From Mobula hypostoma (taxonomy: Eukaryota): a DNA stretch of 64,000 bases. The notes below the pieces were generated by a model. That model saw only the letters and a list, made by a program, of their open reading frames with translations. It made no database searches and was not told the DNA's origin. Both the position numbers and the translations under genes were made by a program. Position 1 is the first letter of the stretch; each line of letters starts with the position of its first letter. Location: assembly GCF_963921235.1 (NCBI RefSeq), contig NC_086108.1, positions 80,292,001-80,356,000 on the forward strand, in the 5' to 3' direction. Positions 46,561 through 60,457 of this stretch are shown one piece after another.

Positions 46561-49500
46561 TCTGCCTTATTCAAGTAGTGCAAGTAAGAGCCATTCCTTA
46601 GGAACTTGGATTGCTTGTTATGTCCGCAATACTGGCTTCTGGTCTTCTCTCCAACATTATCTTGTATGGGGATAGATTCTGCCAATACTACGGTATAGAG
46701 GGGTTCCCTGCAACAACAACAAAAAATCAATTTGTAATACAAATAATCTAACATTTAAATATCATCTCAACCCCAATCTCCTCTTCCTACCCAACCTTCA
46801 CAAGAGTAGGGAACAACCACACCTTGAAAATTAAGATTACACAATGACCAGATTGTGCTGGAGCAGGTCCACATTTACCCATATTTGTTTTATTTTCTCT
46901 CAAACCTTGGTCCATGAATTCCTGGAAATGCTGATTACTAACAGGCAATAGTCAACAAGGCCTTTGGCACCCTCTTGAACAACAGCATCAATATCTCCCT
47001 AACAAATGTAATTAAAGAAAAAAAAACAGAGAAACGATGAACAAAGAATTGAAGCAGATTTGACGGGGTGGCTGTAAATCATGCATAACCAAATATAAGA
47101 GGACCTTAATAAACTTCTGAATGGACATCTAAGTAGCTGAGAATTAGGAAAGAGTAATTATGAATAACAAAGAAATTTCTGACTGGAATTGAAAAACAGG
47201 CACCTTGAGTTCAGATTAATAAATTGCACAAGTTAAAAGGGCCATGGAAAAGCAAAAATCAGTTATAGAAGAGAAGGAATAGTAAATCTGGATTAGGGAG
47301 GAAAATGCGGTGAAGAAAAATTAAGATTTTGTTTTTAGATTTTACATTTAAAAAATACCAGCAATGATAGCTTACTGTCCGTGAGGATGAAATATCGCAG
47401 TTTGAATTATTTTATTTGTGGGAGATAGTTTATAAGAGTCATAGAGTAATACAATGTGGATACAGGCCCTTTGGCCCAATGTGTCCATACTGACCACATT
47501 GTCCACCCAAATAGTCCAATTTCCAGTGATCAATCCATATCACTCCAAGTCTCACCCTTCAATGTAACTATCCAAATGCTTCTTAGTCATAGAGTCTTAG
47601 AACACTACGGCACAGAAACAGGCCCTTGGCCTATTTAGTCTGTGCTGAATTATTAATCTGCCTAGTCCTACCAACCCACACCTAAACTATAGCTCTCTAT
47701 ACACCTTCCATCCATGTACCTGACTAAACCTCTCTTAAATATTGAAATCAAACCTACATCCACCACTTAAGCTGGCAGCTCATTCCACACTTTTACCACC
47801 CTCTGAGTGAAAAATCACCCCTCAGGTTCCCCTTAAACCTTAACCCATGACCTCTAGTTCTAGTCTCACCCAACCTCAGTGGTAAATGCCTCCTTGCATT
47901 TACCCTATCTATACCCCTCATAATTTTGTATACCTCTACCAAATCTCCCCTCATTCCTCTATGCTATAGGGAATCAAGTTCTAACCTATTCAACCTTTCC
48001 ATATTACTTGGAGTTCAAGTCCTGGCAACATCCTTGTAAAATTTCTCTGCATTCTTTCAGCCTTCTTGACATCTGGCCTGTAGGTAGGTGGCTAAAACTG
48101 CACACAATACTCCAAATTGGGTCTCACCCAAGTCTGGTACAAGTTCAACGTAACATCCCAACTCCTGTACTCAGTACATTAATTTATGAAGGCCAGTGTG
48201 CCAAAAGCTGTCACTTTCAAGGAATTATGGGTGTGTATTCCCAGATCCCTCTGTTTGATCGCACTCCTCAGTGCCCCACCACTCACTGTGCAAGTCCGTC
48301 CATGATTTGTTCTCCCAAAGTGTAACGCCTCACACTTGTTTGTATTTCTGCCATTTTTCCAGCTGGTCCATATTCCACTACAAGCTTTAATAGTCTTCCT
48401 CGCTGTCCACTTCACCCACAATCTTGATATCACCTGCAAAAACAATGGACCCAACACCAATCACTGCAGTACACCACTAGTCACAGGCCTCCAGTCAGAG
48501 AAGCAATCATATACTACCACTCTCTGGCCTCTCCTGTGAAGCCAATGTAGAATCCAATTATTACCTCTTCTGGAATGGAAAGCGACTGAATCTTTTTGAC
48601 CAATCTCCCATGTGGGATCTTGTCAAAGGCCTTGCTGAAGTCCATGTAGAGAATATCCACTACCTCGCCTTCATCTGCTTTCCTGGTAACTTCCTTGAAA
48701 AATGACCTAACACTCACAAAGCCATGTTGACTATCCCTAATTGGTCTCCGTCAATTCAAATACTTATATATCCAGTCCCTTTGAATACCTTCCCCACTAC
48801 TGATGTCAAGTTCACTGGCCTATAATTTCCTGGTTTATTCTTCAAGCCTTTCTTAAACAATGGAACAACATTGGCTATCCTCCAATTCTCCGGCACCTCA
48901 CCTATGGCTAAGGACATTCTAAATATCTCTGCTAGGGCCCCGGCAACTTCTGCGTTAGCCGCCCACAAGGTCTGAAAGAGCAACTTGTGAGGCCCTGAGG
49001 ATTTATCCACCCTGAGTTCCCTTAAGGCAGCAAACACATCCTCCTTTTTAACCTGTGTACAGTCCATGACTTCACTGCTGCTTTGCCTCACCTCTGTAGA
49101 CTTCATATCCATCTCCCGAGTAAATACAGATGCAAGAAATCCATTTAAGATCTTACCCCAACTCTTTTGGCTCCATGCATAGATGACCACTCTGATCTTC
49201 CAGAGAACCCACTTTGTCCCTTGCTATCCTTTTGCTCTTAATGTCTCTGTAGAAGCCCTTGGGATTCTCCTTATTCTTGTCTGCTGGAGCAACCTTATGC
49301 CTTCTTTTAGCCCTCGTGATTTCCTTCTTAGGTGTTCCCTTGCATTTTTTATGCTCCTCAAGAGCCTCATTTGCTCCTTCCTGCCTACATGTGCTATGCA
49401 CTTCCTCCTTTTTCTTAACAAGGGCCTGCCTCAATATCTCTTGAAAACCAAGGTCCATTAACTTGTTATCCTTACCTTCCATTTTGACAAGAACATACAA

Positions 49501-49775
49501 ATTCAGTACTCTCAAAATTTCATTTTTGAAGACCTCCCACTTACAAGTACACCTTTGCCAGAAGTCAACCAATCCCAATCCTTTCTGATACTGTCAAGGT
49601 TGGCCTTTTTCCAATTTAGAACCTCAGACTGAGCACCAGACTGATCCTTCTCCAAGTTATCTTGAAACTAATGTCATTATGATCACTAGATGCAAAGTGT
49701 TGCCCTACACAAACTTCCGTCAGCTGCCCTATCTCTTTCCCTAATAGGAGACTTAGGATCACACTCTCTCTGGTT

Positions 49776-51136
49776 TCAAGATTCAAGATTGTTTAATTTC
49801 ATTTCCTGTGCATGAGTGTAAGGAGAACAAAATAATTATTGCTCCAGATCTGATGCAGCACAAAAATAAAACATGAAAGATACTGTATAGAATAAAATAA
49901 TAAAAAACACATACACAATAAATATAAATACATGAGATAGCTTATATACATAGATTAATTATATGTCCTTAAAGTGACACTAGGCTATATATAAGGTGAC
50001 TAATGGAAAATAATAAATCAGTGGTAGAGTTAATGGGCGGAGGTGTTGATCAGCCTTACTGCTTGAGGAAAGTAACTGTTTTTCAGTCTGGTGGTCCTGT
50101 TGGGGATGCTGCGTAGCTTCCTCCCTGATGGAAGTGGGACAAACAGTGAATGAGCAGGGTGTGTGGGACCCTTCATGATGTTACTGGCCCTTTTCTGGCA
50201 CCTTTCATTATATGTGTCCTTGATGGTGGGTAGGCTGGTGCCAGTGATGCGTTGGACAGTTTTGACTATCCGTTGCAAAGCCTTCCTGTCCACCGTGGTG
50301 CAGTTTCCATAGCAGGCAGTGATACAGCTTGTTAGGATGCTCTCTGCAGTGTTTCTGTAGAATGACATGAGTATGGATGTGCATAGTCCAGCTCTCTGCA
50401 GCCTCCTTAGAAAATAGAGGAGTTGGTGAGCTTTCTTTACTGTGTAGGATGTGTTCTGGGACCATGAGAGACTGATGATGATCACTGGCATATGTGGCTG
50501 GGCAATAAGGGCATTTCTGACGACACAAGGAAAACCAGCGTTGACAGTACCAGCAAGGTCTCCCTCCCTGATGCTCAAAACAACTTTTATGCATACTTTG
50601 AGGCATGCAACATAATGCCGGCCATCAAAGCTACTCTCCTCCCAGGTGAGCATCCACTGTCCATAACGGCAACAGACATGAGAAGGACTCTGCAGAGAAT
50701 CAACTGCCATACGGTGTCCAGGCTAGGCAACAACCCAAGCTGAGTGCTCAGGGAGTGCACGCACGTCCTCACTGACGTCTTCACGGACATCCTCCAACAC
50801 TTCCCTCATCCAGGCTGCTATCCCCAGATGCTTCAAGTCAGCCACCATTGTCCCTGTACCAAAATACTCTATAACTTTAGAACTAAATGACTACCGCCTT
50901 ATAGCATTGACACCAATCTTCACGAAGTGCTTTGAACGGCTGGTAATGGCACATATCAAAAACTCCATTCCTGCCAATATGCTTACCGACAGAAGCACTC
51001 TATGACATATACCAAAGAATCTGTCATGCATCTAGCCTCGACACACCTAGAAAACAAGAATACTTATATCAGCATGTTGTTTCTGGATTTCATTTTGGCA
51101 TTCAACACTATTGTCCCACAGACCTTGGTGAAAAAA
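49776..51136 (-). mobile_element. Rex1-clade LINE with inverted 5' segment
   Basis: 49776-50482 is sense on the minus strand (VKKAHQLLYFLRRL...SYFPQAVRLIN, then a TCTTGAA tail). 50484-51136 is sense on the plus strand (NNFYAYFE...NDYRLIALTPIFTKCFERLV...LDFILAFNTIVP). Confidence 0.9.
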
Positions 51137-51557
51137 CTTCTATGTCCTGATTAAGGACACTTTCCTGAGCACATTTGACAAGCTCTGTGCCATCCAGCCA
51201 TTATACAGTATGAGAGTCCCAATCAATATGTGGAATGATAAAATTACCTGCTATCCCAAACTTAGGTTTCTTTCAACAGTCAGTGATCTCTGTACAAGTT
51301 TGCTCCTCTAACTCCCATGGACTGTTGGCTGGTCTGTAATATAATTCTAATAGTGTGGTCATCTCTTTCTTATTCCTCAGTTCTACCCATACAGCCTCAG
51401 CAGATGAGCTCTCCAGTCTGTTCAGTCTGAGCACTGCCGTGACTTTTCCCCTGACTAGTAATACCACCCCTTCCCCTTTAATCCCTCCTGTTCTATCACA
51501 TCTGACAGAACAGAATCCCAGAACATGGAGCTGCTAGTCAATCTCACTCATAATGGC

Positions 51558-52500
51558 ACCAGCCTACAATGATTCCTTAAGTGAGATCTTCCTGATAGCA
51601 AATTTCTCCAATTATTTCACTTTTTCTATGCCTTCTGCTTGTTATTTTTGTGTTGTTTGTGTCATGGAAACCGGTGGAGCCTGTGACATACAGTTTGGAA
51701 CGTGATTGAAGGATCCATTGCTATGCTGTGTCTAGAGAGCTGCCTCGTGGAGATTAGAGATGAGGGGGTCAAAAAGGACCAAGAGTACAAGGTGACTTGT
51801 GGGAAAGACCAGGGATGAAGCGTGGGGGGAATGAATGAGTCCATCTCGAAGTAGCGAGGAAGATTGAAGCAGCGAGCTGAATGCAGAGACGGCCACCCTC
51901 TGATTGTCAGCACCCGGATCAGCGCGCTTGGACCTGGGTCTGGTGGTCACCCTTAACAGAACGACTGAGCTCATGTGGCTGCTCTCCTCATGTGCTGACA
52001 AACAATGCTTCCAGTATTCTGATATCTATGTGATCATTGGACTGTCTATATTGGTTTCCTTCAGTTCTTCGGTGTTTTCTTTCTTGTGGCCAATTGGCTG
52101 GTGGGTGATCTGTTCAGTTTTTGTGTGTAATGGTGGGCTTGGGGGTTCTGATGCTACTGTTGCTGTTCTCTTCTGCAAATGAGGGGGATGGGGGTTGTTA
52201 CTGTTGCTTTTTCTCTGCATGTCAGGAAATGGGGGGTTGTTATTGTTACTGGTTATTTCTGTGGGGAGGGGGGAGTTTGATGCTATTGTTGCTGTTTTTT
52301 CTGTGGGGGGGTAATTTTGGGGTCTGCAAGTTTTGTTTCTTTTCTTTTGTTGTGCCAGTTAGTGAGGGGGGGAGGGGTTAATGACTTTTATTTCATCAAC
52401 TCCATGGTCTTTCTGTGTATCATGGCCATCTGGAGAAGACAAATATCAGAGTTGTATTGTACATGCATATTTTGACAATAAAATGAACCTTTAAACCTTT
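51558..52500 (+). mobile_element. Non-coding retroposon of about 940 bp with TSD
   Basis: 7-bp TSD taatggc at 51551-51557 and 52501-52507; ends aataaaatgaacctttaaaccttt; GT-rich internal repeats. Confidence 0.8.
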
Positions 52501-54464
52501 TAATGGCTACGATGCCATAGTTCCAAATTCTGATCCCTTCCCTAAACTCTGCAGCCTTTTCTACTATACTCCTTGCATTGAACTATACAACCCAGAACAT
52601 TAGTCCCACTATGCTCAACCTTTCGATTCCTGACTTTGTATGTGGACTTAACAACGTCCTTCTCCACAATCACTCTATTATCTGCTCTGGTTCCCTTCCC
52701 CCTGAAACTCTAGTTTAAACCCCCTGTGCAGAACTAGCAAACCTCCCAGCAAGGATATTAGTCCCCTTCCAGTTCACGTGCAAACCATTCCATCTTTTCA
52801 GGCCCCACTCACCCTGGAAGGGAACATACATTCCAGGAATCTTGTTTTTGTTCATAGAACCACCTGTTTGTTCCCCTAACCAATGAATCTCCTATCATTG
52901 ATGCTTGTCTCTTCTTCTCCCCTCCCCTTCTGAGCAACACTCAGTGCCAGAGATCGGACCGCTGTGACTTTCCTCCTCTGCTAGATCATCACCCTCCACA
53001 ACAGTATCCAATGGTCACTGGGGCACTCTGCACTGGTTTTCTATCCCAATTCCCTCTCCTTAAGGTTACCCAGCTACCTGTGTGCTGCACCTTGGGTGTA
53101 ACTACCTCCCGGTATATCCTGTTGATCAACCCCTCAGATTCGGAGTTCACTCAATTCTAGCTCCAGTCCCTTGGCATGGTCTGAAAGAATCTGCAGCTGA
53201 ATGCACTCCCTGCAGATATAGTCATCAAGGACACTGGGGGTCTTGCTGCCTTTCCACATTCCACGAGAGGAATATTCCACTACATTGTCTGGCAACCCCA
53301 CTGCTCTAATTGTGCAATAAGAATGAAAGGAAGAAAAACTAAATGAAAAAAGTCTACCTGCAGCTTCAGCCTCTCCCAGCTGAAGCCTTTATGAACTAAA
53401 GCCTGAACTCCCATACTCTTAACACTGGCCCACTTCCACAATTATCACTCTGCTTAAACCTAACTTCTTTTCATTGGCCCTTGTGAAGTGTCTGATTATG
53501 CACAATCCAACATCTCCTCAGGAACTGTGGTGCACAGAAAGTTCTTGTGATACTATTGTACCTGCCTGAACCACTTCCTCTGGCAGCTCGTTCCATATAT
53601 GCATCACTCTCTGCATGGAAAGTTTGCCCCTCAGATCCCTTTTAATCCTTTCCCCTCCCAATCTATGCCTGAGACTGACAAAAAGTGCAATTATAAAGGT
53701 TTATATGTTGCCAAATGCTGACCCCAATATTTTGCACACAGTTAATCTGTTTACCGCAGCAGAAAAGAAATCCACGGTGAAATTAATAGCAAAACTAGAG
53801 GTCTGTTGTAGATTGCCCAGCAATTGTAATTCATTTCGAGTCCCCTCCCTACCATTGCCTCCTCATTTACATGCAAATCATGACTTGCTCTTATATTTCC
53901 AGTAAGCTTTGTGCCAATATTTTAACTTCCAATGCATGGAACTGGAGGGCTGTTTATATTCAAGTATATAAATCTACTTTAAGAATTCACATTTGCGTTA
54001 ATACCTTTCTCTACAATTTGCCTGTTTCTCTGGTTTTCCAGAACTTTCCTTTGAGTCAGCAGTTGCAACAAACACAACCTTGACAAGAAATTTTAGTTGG
54101 TGAAATGTGTTCATCCTCCCACATCCACATCTTGTCTTTCGGCTTCTCCCAATCCCACAATTCATCCTGCCAACCTGGTGTTGTTGCTATATCATGTCAC
54201 AGGCTGTAAGTACAGTACTCAAAGGAATATTTAATATTTCAGTAATGCAAGTAGAATCTGTTTTCATTTATTCAGTGTCAATGGGAAATGCAGAGGTGTT
54301 CAAATGGTTTCAATTTTGACATAGTGCAATATTTCACTGAAAATATCACCTTTCTAAGGGTTATTTTTGTATGGTTTTGTCAGAAAAAAGTCTTAACATA
54401 ATATCACCATAACCACTTTTCTAGAAATCACATGCTAGTTGCAATTCTATTGAATCTCCCTGTG

Positions 54465-55450
54465 AAATTGATAGGAGGCAGAGGGCAATGGTGGAATATT
54501 ACTTCTCCGACGGGAAGTCAGTCACCCCTGGTGCACTGTGGGGAATTGTGCTGAGGCCTTTTTGTTGTCATATACATAAATAACTTGGATGAGAATGCAG
54601 GTGGTCGGATTAGTAAGTTTGCTTATAACATGAAAATTGGTGGAGTCATGGATAGGGCGGAAGTTTATCTAAGGATAGAAGGGGACGTTGGTGAAATGGA
54701 AAGGTGAAATAATGGCAGATGGAGTTTAATCCAAAGGAGTGAGATAATGCATTTAGGGACATTGAATGCTTTCAGCAGATATAAAGTAAATGGCAGAGAC
54801 CCTAAGAATGTTGATAAAACAGAGAGAACTTGGGGGACAAGTTCATAATGCCCTGAAAATGACAACATATGTGGATAGGGGAGTGAAGAAGGCATTAGGC
54901 CAAAGTATTGAATATAAGAGTTGTGAAAAGAGCTGTACAAAGCTAGGATGCACTTCTGATCATTGCATGAGAGGAAAATAAAGTGTGGTAGTATTAGAGT
55001 GTGTGCAGAAGAGATTCACCTGGATATTGCCTGGAATGGAGGGCATCAGTTACAAGAAAAAATTGGATGAGCTAGATTTGTTCTCATTGGAGTGTAGGGG
55101 GCTGAGGGGTGAATTTATAAAGGGTTATGAGATTATAAATAGGAAAGATAGACTCTGTTTTCCTACTGTAGCGGGGACCAAAATTAAAGGGCATACATCG
55201 AAGTTAAGAGGGGAGAAATCCAAGAGTAATCTAAGGGTGACTTCTTCACACATCAAGTGTTGGATATATAGAATGAGCTACCAGAGGTCATAGAGACAAA
55301 CAGTTAAAATGTTTAGAAAACATTTGGACAGACGCTTGAATTGGAAGAGAGGAGTATGGGCCAAATGTGGGCAAGTGAAAGTAGCATAGGTAGACATCCC
55401 TACCTGTATGAACAAGTTGGGCTGTAGGGCTTTTCAGTGCTTCATGTCTC
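54465..55450 (+). mobile_element. Old CR1 RT/3' fragment
   Basis: ORF 54985-55293 has LECVQKRFTWILPGMEGISY and LDLFSLECRGLRG. Confidence 0.8.
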
Positions 55451-55599
55451 CGTGAGTAAGAAACAAAATCTGTGTCAATGCTCCTTGAAATGATTGCAGG
55501 GGTCATTAGATTGCTGCTGGAAAATACATTGTAGAAATGAGATGGTGTGTGATTGGTAGGGAGTGCAAATGGAGTGGCCATAAATTATTTTACAGCAAG

Positions 55600-57400
55600 A
55601 CATGTAAATATCTTAATCAACTTCTGAATGGGATCTACCTAGCAACTGAGTTTCAATGCAGAGGAGTATAAGACAGTATGTCAAGAATGAGAAGGCCATG
55701 TACTTTTTTTTTGAATATGCATCTCATTGGAGTGCAGGAACTGAGGCATTTTGAGGTTCAGGTACACAAATCAGTCCAGTAATAAAAAATATTAATAGGC
55801 CCTAGAAGAGCAAACAAAACAAATCAGTTCATTTCTGGAACAGTGAAGCGGAAAAGTAGAGAAATTATGTTAAACTTATACAAGTCTTTCTTTCAACCAT
55901 GTTTAGAATATTGTGGACAATTCCAGCATTCATATAGGAAAAGGAGTACTGAAACAACTGAAAAGGTACCGAGTTCAAAAGTGATGAAGTTCAGTGTAAA
56001 AGTAGTTCTTAAATGTAAGCAAAGGAAATTATGAAGATACAAGAGAAGGGTTGTCTATGGTTAATTGGGAGAAAACATTGAAAGGTGTGAAAGTGAAAAG
56101 ACACTAATTAGCATTTAAGGAAATAATGCATATCTTGCAAAAAATACAGCATATTCCTTTAAGACAGAAACTCAAAATGAAAAGTATTTATTTCATAGTT
56201 TACAGGGGAAATTAATGAGAGCATTAAATCAAAAGAAGTGCTTATAACATTGCCAGAAATAGCAGTAGGTTTAAGGATTGGGAGCATTTTAAAACTCAGC
56301 AGAGGAGAACCAAGAAATTGATAATGAAAGGCAAATTAGAATATGAGAGCAGATTGGTATGAAACTTAAAAACAGACTGTAAGGCATTTTATAGGGACTT
56401 ACAGGGGAAAACTCTAGTGAGCCTAAATGTGGGGCCCCTTACAGACAGGAGAGAATACGTAAGTGGCAGAGGAATTAAACAGTAATTTTTCATCTGTCTT
56501 TACAGAAAATGACATCTAAATCCTGCCAGAAAACTAGAGAATTCAGGATTTAGTAAGAATAAGAGGCTGAAGGAATATGTACTAGTCCGAAAATAGACAG
56601 GTTGGTGAAATTGAAAGTTGACAAATCCCAAGGATCTGAGAAGTTTTGAAAAATGGAACTTTAGCTGGTTATCATCTTCCAAAATTCTGAGAAGTTCCTG
56701 CGGACCACAGTGGAGCAAATGGGACTCCACTATTCAAGAAAAGAGTAGAGAGAAAACAGGAAACAACCTGGCACTGAGACACAAGAGACCAGTCAACATT
56801 TTGATTCAAGACCCTTCATCTGAGCTATGTGGCCAAGAATGTGCAATATAGAAGAGGAGGTGATAAAATATGTGGTTCTTCACTTTGGCGCATGTAACAG
56901 AAAAGCAGAGTATTTGTTACGTGGTGAGAGATTGGGTAGCGATTGTACTCCAAGGGGTTTGGGTATGTTTATACACATGGCACTGAATGCCAGCATTCAG
57001 ATGCAACAAATGTTTAGGGTGGAAAATTGCATGTTACTCTTTATTGCAAGAGGATTTGAATACCAGAGTAAGGAAAACTTTCACGGTCGTGAAGGATCTT
57101 ATTGAGACTGCACCTGGAATTTTGTGCACAGTTTTAGCCAAAATAGGATGTACTTAGCATTGAGGAAGTAAAGTGAAATGCATTAGGATGATTCCAGGAA
57201 TAGTGGGGTTGTGTAATGAGGAGAACTTGAATAACCTGGAACTATATTCGGAGGATGAGAGGTGATTTAATGGAGGTGTATATGATGATAGAGTGGATAG
57301 TCAGCACTTTTTACCTAGGGCAGAAATAGCTAATACAAACAGGCATATTTTAAGGTGATTAGAGGAAAGTATAGGGAAGGGTGACAGAGGTATTTTTCCC
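55600..57400 (+). mobile_element. Very old CR1 fragments
   Basis: Contains LYKSFFQPCLEYCGQF, VLHFGACNRKAEY and FIARGFEYQSKE. Confidence 0.7.
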
Positions 57401-59159
57401 CCACATTCGAAAGATGTACAGTTAGGGTTAGTGAGTTGTGGGCATGCTATGTTGGCGCCAGATGCATGGTGATAGTTATGGGCTGATTTGACACAAATGA
57501 TGCATTTCACTGTACATTTTAATGTACTGTACATGTGACCAATAAAGCTTATCTTTCATGGTTGATAGACTTCCTTCCATAACGAGCAAGTAATGTAGGG
57601 CATGCTGTTCTAGAAAAGTGCAGATGATGGAAATGTCTTGGATTATGAAGGGATTTGACAAGCATACATAAAACAGGTATATCCAGCTGAGGGTGACTAC
57701 CCAGAATCAAGGGCACATGATATTTGCCATTTTGAGAACCCTTTCAAATGGTAGGCTAAATTATTTCCATGTCTGAAAATGTGGAAAACTGCATTGACAT
57801 AAAACCTTGCTTTATCATTGTCACAAGTACACAATATTCTATTGATTAGTGTAAGACTTCTAAAGTGACATAAGGGTAACTTGTCTCCAACTCATTCTTT
57901 TAGCTGTTCATCTGACACCCAGTTTGGTACTTGATGTGCATCAAGTTGTAATAAATTAGTGCCAATCATGACTAGTAACCAACTAGCAAATATAGCACAA
58001 ATCTCAGTTTTATGTGTTTCCTCAGCAATGAGGTCAATACGATCAATAATCAGATTTGTTGCACCTTGAAGGGGCATCAGAAATTTAACTGCATCCAGAG
58101 TTACCTGGAATGCATTCCGATCCATCCGAAGAGTTTGTATCTGATCTCAATAGTTTCCTCCATTAATATTCAAACCAGTCCTATCAGGTCAGCTAAACAA
58201 TGGACCCAGATGACCAGAACACAGGCTGTTCCTTCTGCAAGCCTGCCATTTTACATACTATCAGCTTCTTCTTTGAGTATGGTCTCAGGTTTAGCAGATC
58301 ATTAGCAGAAACTCCTTGCATCCATGTTCAGATCAATTGCTCTGATTAAGTTATGCCTGAGCAAGAACCAGATCACAAAATGGTAGCTGCTAGGACAGTT
58401 TCACAAAATGGCCACCTTTCTTGCAACCACATGGCAAGAACAAAGACTTTTGCTTTGTCTATTTCCACTGCCCTTGCCTCATTCTTGTTTGCTGATTTGT
58501 AGATTGTAATACTTTCTGGCTAACATGCCTGACCTGCTGAGTTCTTCCAGCATTTAGCGTGTTGCTCTATATTTCCGGCATCTGCAAAGTCTCTTGTGTT
58601 TATAGTAGAAGGGATGCTAAGTTTTCCAGGGGGAAAACATGACTTCCTACTAATCTATTATCATGCATGATATTTTTTAGAGGAAGGGTTCAGAGAAAGA
58701 GCTGAAATCTAACATGTGATCTAGGAAAAAGCAATGAGAAAAGGGTTATTTTACCATATTGTTGCCTTACTTTATCAGCTTGTTCAGCTTTGCAATTTGT
58801 AAAGTAGACTTCCAACTCTGTTTGACCCTGATGAGAACAAACCAAAGCAAATCACACAGAATAAAATGTAGAACCCTGATCCATGTGAGAACCTTATTGA
58901 TGAATTAAAATATTGCATGTAAAAAAACTATTCCGTTTCTGTTGTATGTTCCAAAAAAAACATAGAAAGCTTGGACAATCCTTTGGTGATTCAGTCAACA
59001 ATATTATGAAGAAATAGATGCTGCAATCTGTATCTTGTTTTTTTTTATTATTTATAACTATTAAAATGTAAGATTGTCAGAGATTTGATCTGTAAAACAT
59101 GATTTAATCACAATGACCATTACTTTGACATTATTGTTTGTTTTAACTGGGTTTCAGCA

Positions 59160-59930
59160 TAAACTATTAAAGCTCTATGAGTTGGTAAATTGAATTGAAA
59201 ATTGGCTTGGTCAAGAGTGTTTTTTCGAACTTGATGTCTGTGACCAGTGGAGTTCTGCAAGATTCAGTGCCAAGACCTATGTTGTTTGTGACTTTATATT
59301 GATGATTTAGATTAAAATATAGATAAACTGATTAGAACATTTATAGATGACACAAAAAAAGTAGTGGAGCTCTGGAAAGCAGTAAAATTGTCAAAGGATA
59401 CAGCAGGATATAGATCAGTTGGAAATTTGGGCAGGTATGTAAATGAAAGATGGAGTTTAACCCAACCAAGTGAGGTGTTATATTTGAGAGGTCAAATGTA
59501 ATTGGAAAGTATACAGTAGATGACAAGAACCTTAGGAGCATTGATATATAAAAAGATATTTGCATGCAAGTCCACAGCTCCCTGAACGTGACAATGCAAG
59601 TGGATAGGATTATCAGGAAAGCATATGGCATACTTGCTTTCATTGGTCACGGCATTAAGTATAAACGTTGGGAAGACATATTGCAGCCATATGGTTAGTC
59701 AGAGCCTTTCTTCTGTTGGGGTGGAAATGTCAGATACAAGAAGGCAGAGGTTTAAGGTGAAAGGAATGTGCCTGCAATGTGCTGCCAAGCAAAGCGGTAA
59801 AGCAGATGTGATAGCTTTAAGAGGCACATGAACAGGCGAGGAACAGAGTGATATGAACCATGAGCAGGCAGATGCAAATAACTTACCATCATATTGGCAC
59901 AGATACAAGCAATACATATGATTACTACTC
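59160..59930 (+). mobile_element. Old CR1 RT/3' fragment
   Basis: gtctgtgaccagtggagttctgcaag (SVTSGVLQ), gatgacacaaaa and caagtggataggattatcaggaaagcatatgg. Confidence 0.75.
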
Positions 59931-60457
59931 TTTGTCTTAGGTTTCTAAACAACGCATTTGAATCTACTTTTGAAAAACATTATTTCCAATGATTTAATGA
60001 GATATCTCTAGTGAAGTGAACAATAACATCACTGTCCAGGTTACTGCTCCATTCCCACTTGAGACAGGGTAGAGCTCGGAATGAAATACCAACCAGAATA
60101 TCTGTTGCTGCTGCCTACTTCAAGTAAAATAGTACAAATTAGATCATTTGTGGTCAAGTAACCAATGGGTCTTTCGAACTTAGCAGGTGAGTAGTAGGCT
60201 GACAGTTAAAATTGCCCTTTAACTGAACCCTAAGCCCACCAGCCATTTCACAGGCTCCATTTTTATTATGCCCTCCTGGATAGATAAACCTCTGGCAGTA
60301 GACCATAAAACCATGGATCAGCGATTTATATATCCCACCATTCCCAATTCCAAGCTGGACTTTGTCATTACACCAAACCATGGCTTTATTTCCACCTTTC
60401 TCTCTGACTTTGATTTACATTCATGCTTGGCCTATTGAGTTTGTTCCTATGCTGTTG

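Larger units (their letters stand above)
47585..53450 (-). mobile_element. Near full-length old CR1 (ORF1, EN, RT, tail) split by two insertions
   Basis: Collinear on the minus strand: ORF1 remnant at about 52700-53300; FNARSIVEKA...GIVAI at about 52500-52590; YYRPANS at 51140-51550; SSDHN at about 49680; NYRPVNLTS, YMDFSKAFD and the tail at 47585. Confidence 0.85.

Noticed and set aside
50030..50710. 226-aa ORF as a novel chimeric protein
   Set aside because: It reads through the inversion junction; the N-terminal third is antisense Rex1 sequence.
58374..58425. Duplicated tcacaaaatgg (YY1-like motif)
   Set aside because: Too short to support a regulatory call without conservation data.
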